Source of the DNA: Octopus sinensis
Taxonomy: Eukaryota
Reading direction: 5' to 3'
NCBI RefSeq assembly: GCF_006345805.1
Contig: NC_043007.1
Location: forward strand, 29,016,001 to 29,080,000
DNA length: 64,000 nucleotides
The notes beneath the pieces are model-generated. The model was not told where the DNA came from and searched no databases. It was given only the letters and a program-made list of their open reading frames with translations. A program made the position numbers and the translations under genes. Shown here in pieces: positions 62,400-64,000 of the stretch (position 1 is the stretch's first letter; every line of letters begins with the position of its first letter).

Positions 62400-64000
62400 T
62401 CTGTAAACAAACACCAACCTATCAGGGAAAGTTCCCAATATCAGAAACATATAAGAAGTTAAACTTAATGGTAGAGAAAGGATGACGGCCATCCGAAGTT
62501 AAAAGGTGAAATCCAATGGGGAAAGACTTCTTTTTGTCCTTCCACCGCCATAAATATTACACAAGGCGGAAAATTGATTTCTTAACATGTCATATAATAA
62601 GAACGATGAGAAATTCATAAAAATTAAACATTTCTTTTTTTTTTTAAATTAATTTCTGTATTATGCATATTCATGTCCCAGGGTTATGTAAAGTTCATTG
62701 AGTTAGGCAATTACGGCCTTAACATTAAGTAAATTGGGATTTGATTATACATCGTAGAGAAATGAAGTTTTATTAATAGAAATTCTCGATTTCTATGACT
62801 TTATAAGACATTGTAGCGAATCAATTTTCCTTTAAAACTTTTATGGCGCTGTCCAAAAGGAAGTCTTCCCGATTTGCATCTTTATATTATCAAATTTAAA
62901 TGCAAGAAGAGTATTTCCTCCACCTTCGCAATATGCTACAAGGGAGAGACTCTCATCCATCGGTTTGTGTGTCCTCACACTGAATTATTCTTTTGGATTC
63001 CATGAAAACTTTTAAAAAACTGTGCAATTTATTTCCCTTATTATTAGTCGTACCTTTAAACCTTCAAGCATCGCCAAAAATGTCGAACCAGCCATTCCCC
63101 AGTCAGAATCAGTTTAAACGAAGCAACCACGCGGCCAAGTGCCATCGACAGCATTTCTCTTCGGAAACCCTTCGTAGGAAATCAATTTTCTGCGTAACAT
63201 TTATGGAGGTACAAAGAGAAGTCTTTCCACATGCGAAGCCCCTAATAACTCTTTCTGTGAGGAATACAGTGTCCCAGTATGAAAAAGGGAAAGCTAAATA
63301 TAAGCCCTTCACAGTTATGCTTCAAGAAAAGGGTCCAGTGGGGAGGCCCAACAGGTAGGAGGTTCACACTTGGTAATCGATTTGGTTTTAAATATTGACA
63401 CCATTTGGTTATTAGAATTGGAAGAAATGTTTCCAACTTTATCAAATGTTTCTAACGAATAAACAAAGGTGTGTCATGAAGGTTTATTAACAAAAATACG
63501 ATTGATAATATTGTAGACGGATGGAAACGAAAGACGACACAACTAGTTACAAACTTTAAAAAAGGTATTTCATGTCTGAGTCTTGGATGTTATTCAGGCT
63601 CCAATGTTCTGAATTGGTTGAAACCATTGCATTGGGAGGAGAGCAAGGCTTGGAGATAATCTTTATACAGAAACATCAGATTCCATGAAGGAATTACTTA
63701 TTCACAACTAAAAGAACTTTAAAAAGGCAGAAAGAATTGAAGCTTTGGTTGTAGACTTACCGGATTCCTTTCAGATGTTTTTTGGGGGACTTTGAATTCA
63801 GCGCCATTGCTCGTGGTTTTGCCTTCACTGCGCCTGCGCCGAGTTGGCTTTGCAGACGACATTTTTCAGCTTCGACTTTTAATGAATTCGGGAATGGAAA
63901 AACGTCGACTGCAGGAGAAATGTTGCTGCGTTGAAGTTTGGTTTGGCTGGCAATTTAGCAATCTTTGTTTGTATTATAGATTGCTGTATTTTTAGTCGAT
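62400..64000. promoter_or_regulatory. CpG-retaining, microsatellite-free region; probable promoter, first exon and first intron zone
   Basis: CpG density is visibly higher than in most of the window, highest at 63800-63940, and the region contains the candidate first coding exon. Confidence 0.55.
63761..63862 (-). CDS. Probable first coding exon of an unidentified gene (MSSAKPTRRRRSEGKTTSNGAEFKVPQKTSERNP, phase 0 end)
   Basis: A-rich Kozak context gaaaaATGt, 34 open codons, consensus donor CCG|gtaagt, CpG-rich context, basic NLS-like RRRR. Confidence 0.7.

Noticed and set aside
62993-63358. 121-aa plus-strand ORF and overlapping minus-strand ORFs
   Set aside because: Non-ATG start, no domain signature, and located in a GC-richer region where long ORFs arise more easily; probably intronic.
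63792-63995. Plus-strand 67-aa ORF and an NRF1-like tgcgcctgcgcc motif
   Set aside because: The ORF is the antisense shadow of the minus-strand first exon, and the motif is explained by its Arg-Arg-Arg-Ser codons.

Overview
AT-rich eukaryotic DNA, dense in microsatellites and transposon remnants. The repeat families (tRNA-headed SINEs, RTE-type 3' ends with (GAT)n tails, abundant (TA)n/(TG)n/(GA)n) resemble those of octopod cephalopods; this taxon call is inference, not a database result. Most ORFs in the track are microsatellite artefacts or antisense shadows. Recognisable remnants include many RTE LINE fragments, a ~3.6 kb degraded Tx1/L1-type LINE, four R4/Dong-like (restriction-like endonuclease) 3' fragments, a CR1-type LINE, three mariner remnants, an internally deleted Tc1/mariner element with intact TIRs, a hAT element, a piggyBac end, non-autonomous Helitrons, several MITEs and three SINE families. 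Host-gene evidence is limited. The best is a probable first coding exon on the minus strand at 63862-63761 (MSSAKPTRRRRSEGKTTSNGAEFKVPQKTSERNP) in a CpG-rich region, so part of the window is probably intronic. There are also weaker candidate exons on both strands, including a PLAT/LH2-like segment. The most unusual structures are a near-perfect 319-bp spacerless palindrome (53712-54030), a SINE whose B-box is replaced by telomere-type repeats interleaved with inverted templated snippets (56641-56739), two short Helitrons with identical 3' ends but unrelated interiors, and a phase-compatible plus-strand exon chain interrupted by in-frame TAG codons. No rRNA, true tRNA gene or CRISPR array is supported. 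Boundaries were read by eye and are approximate unless terminal motifs are quoted.
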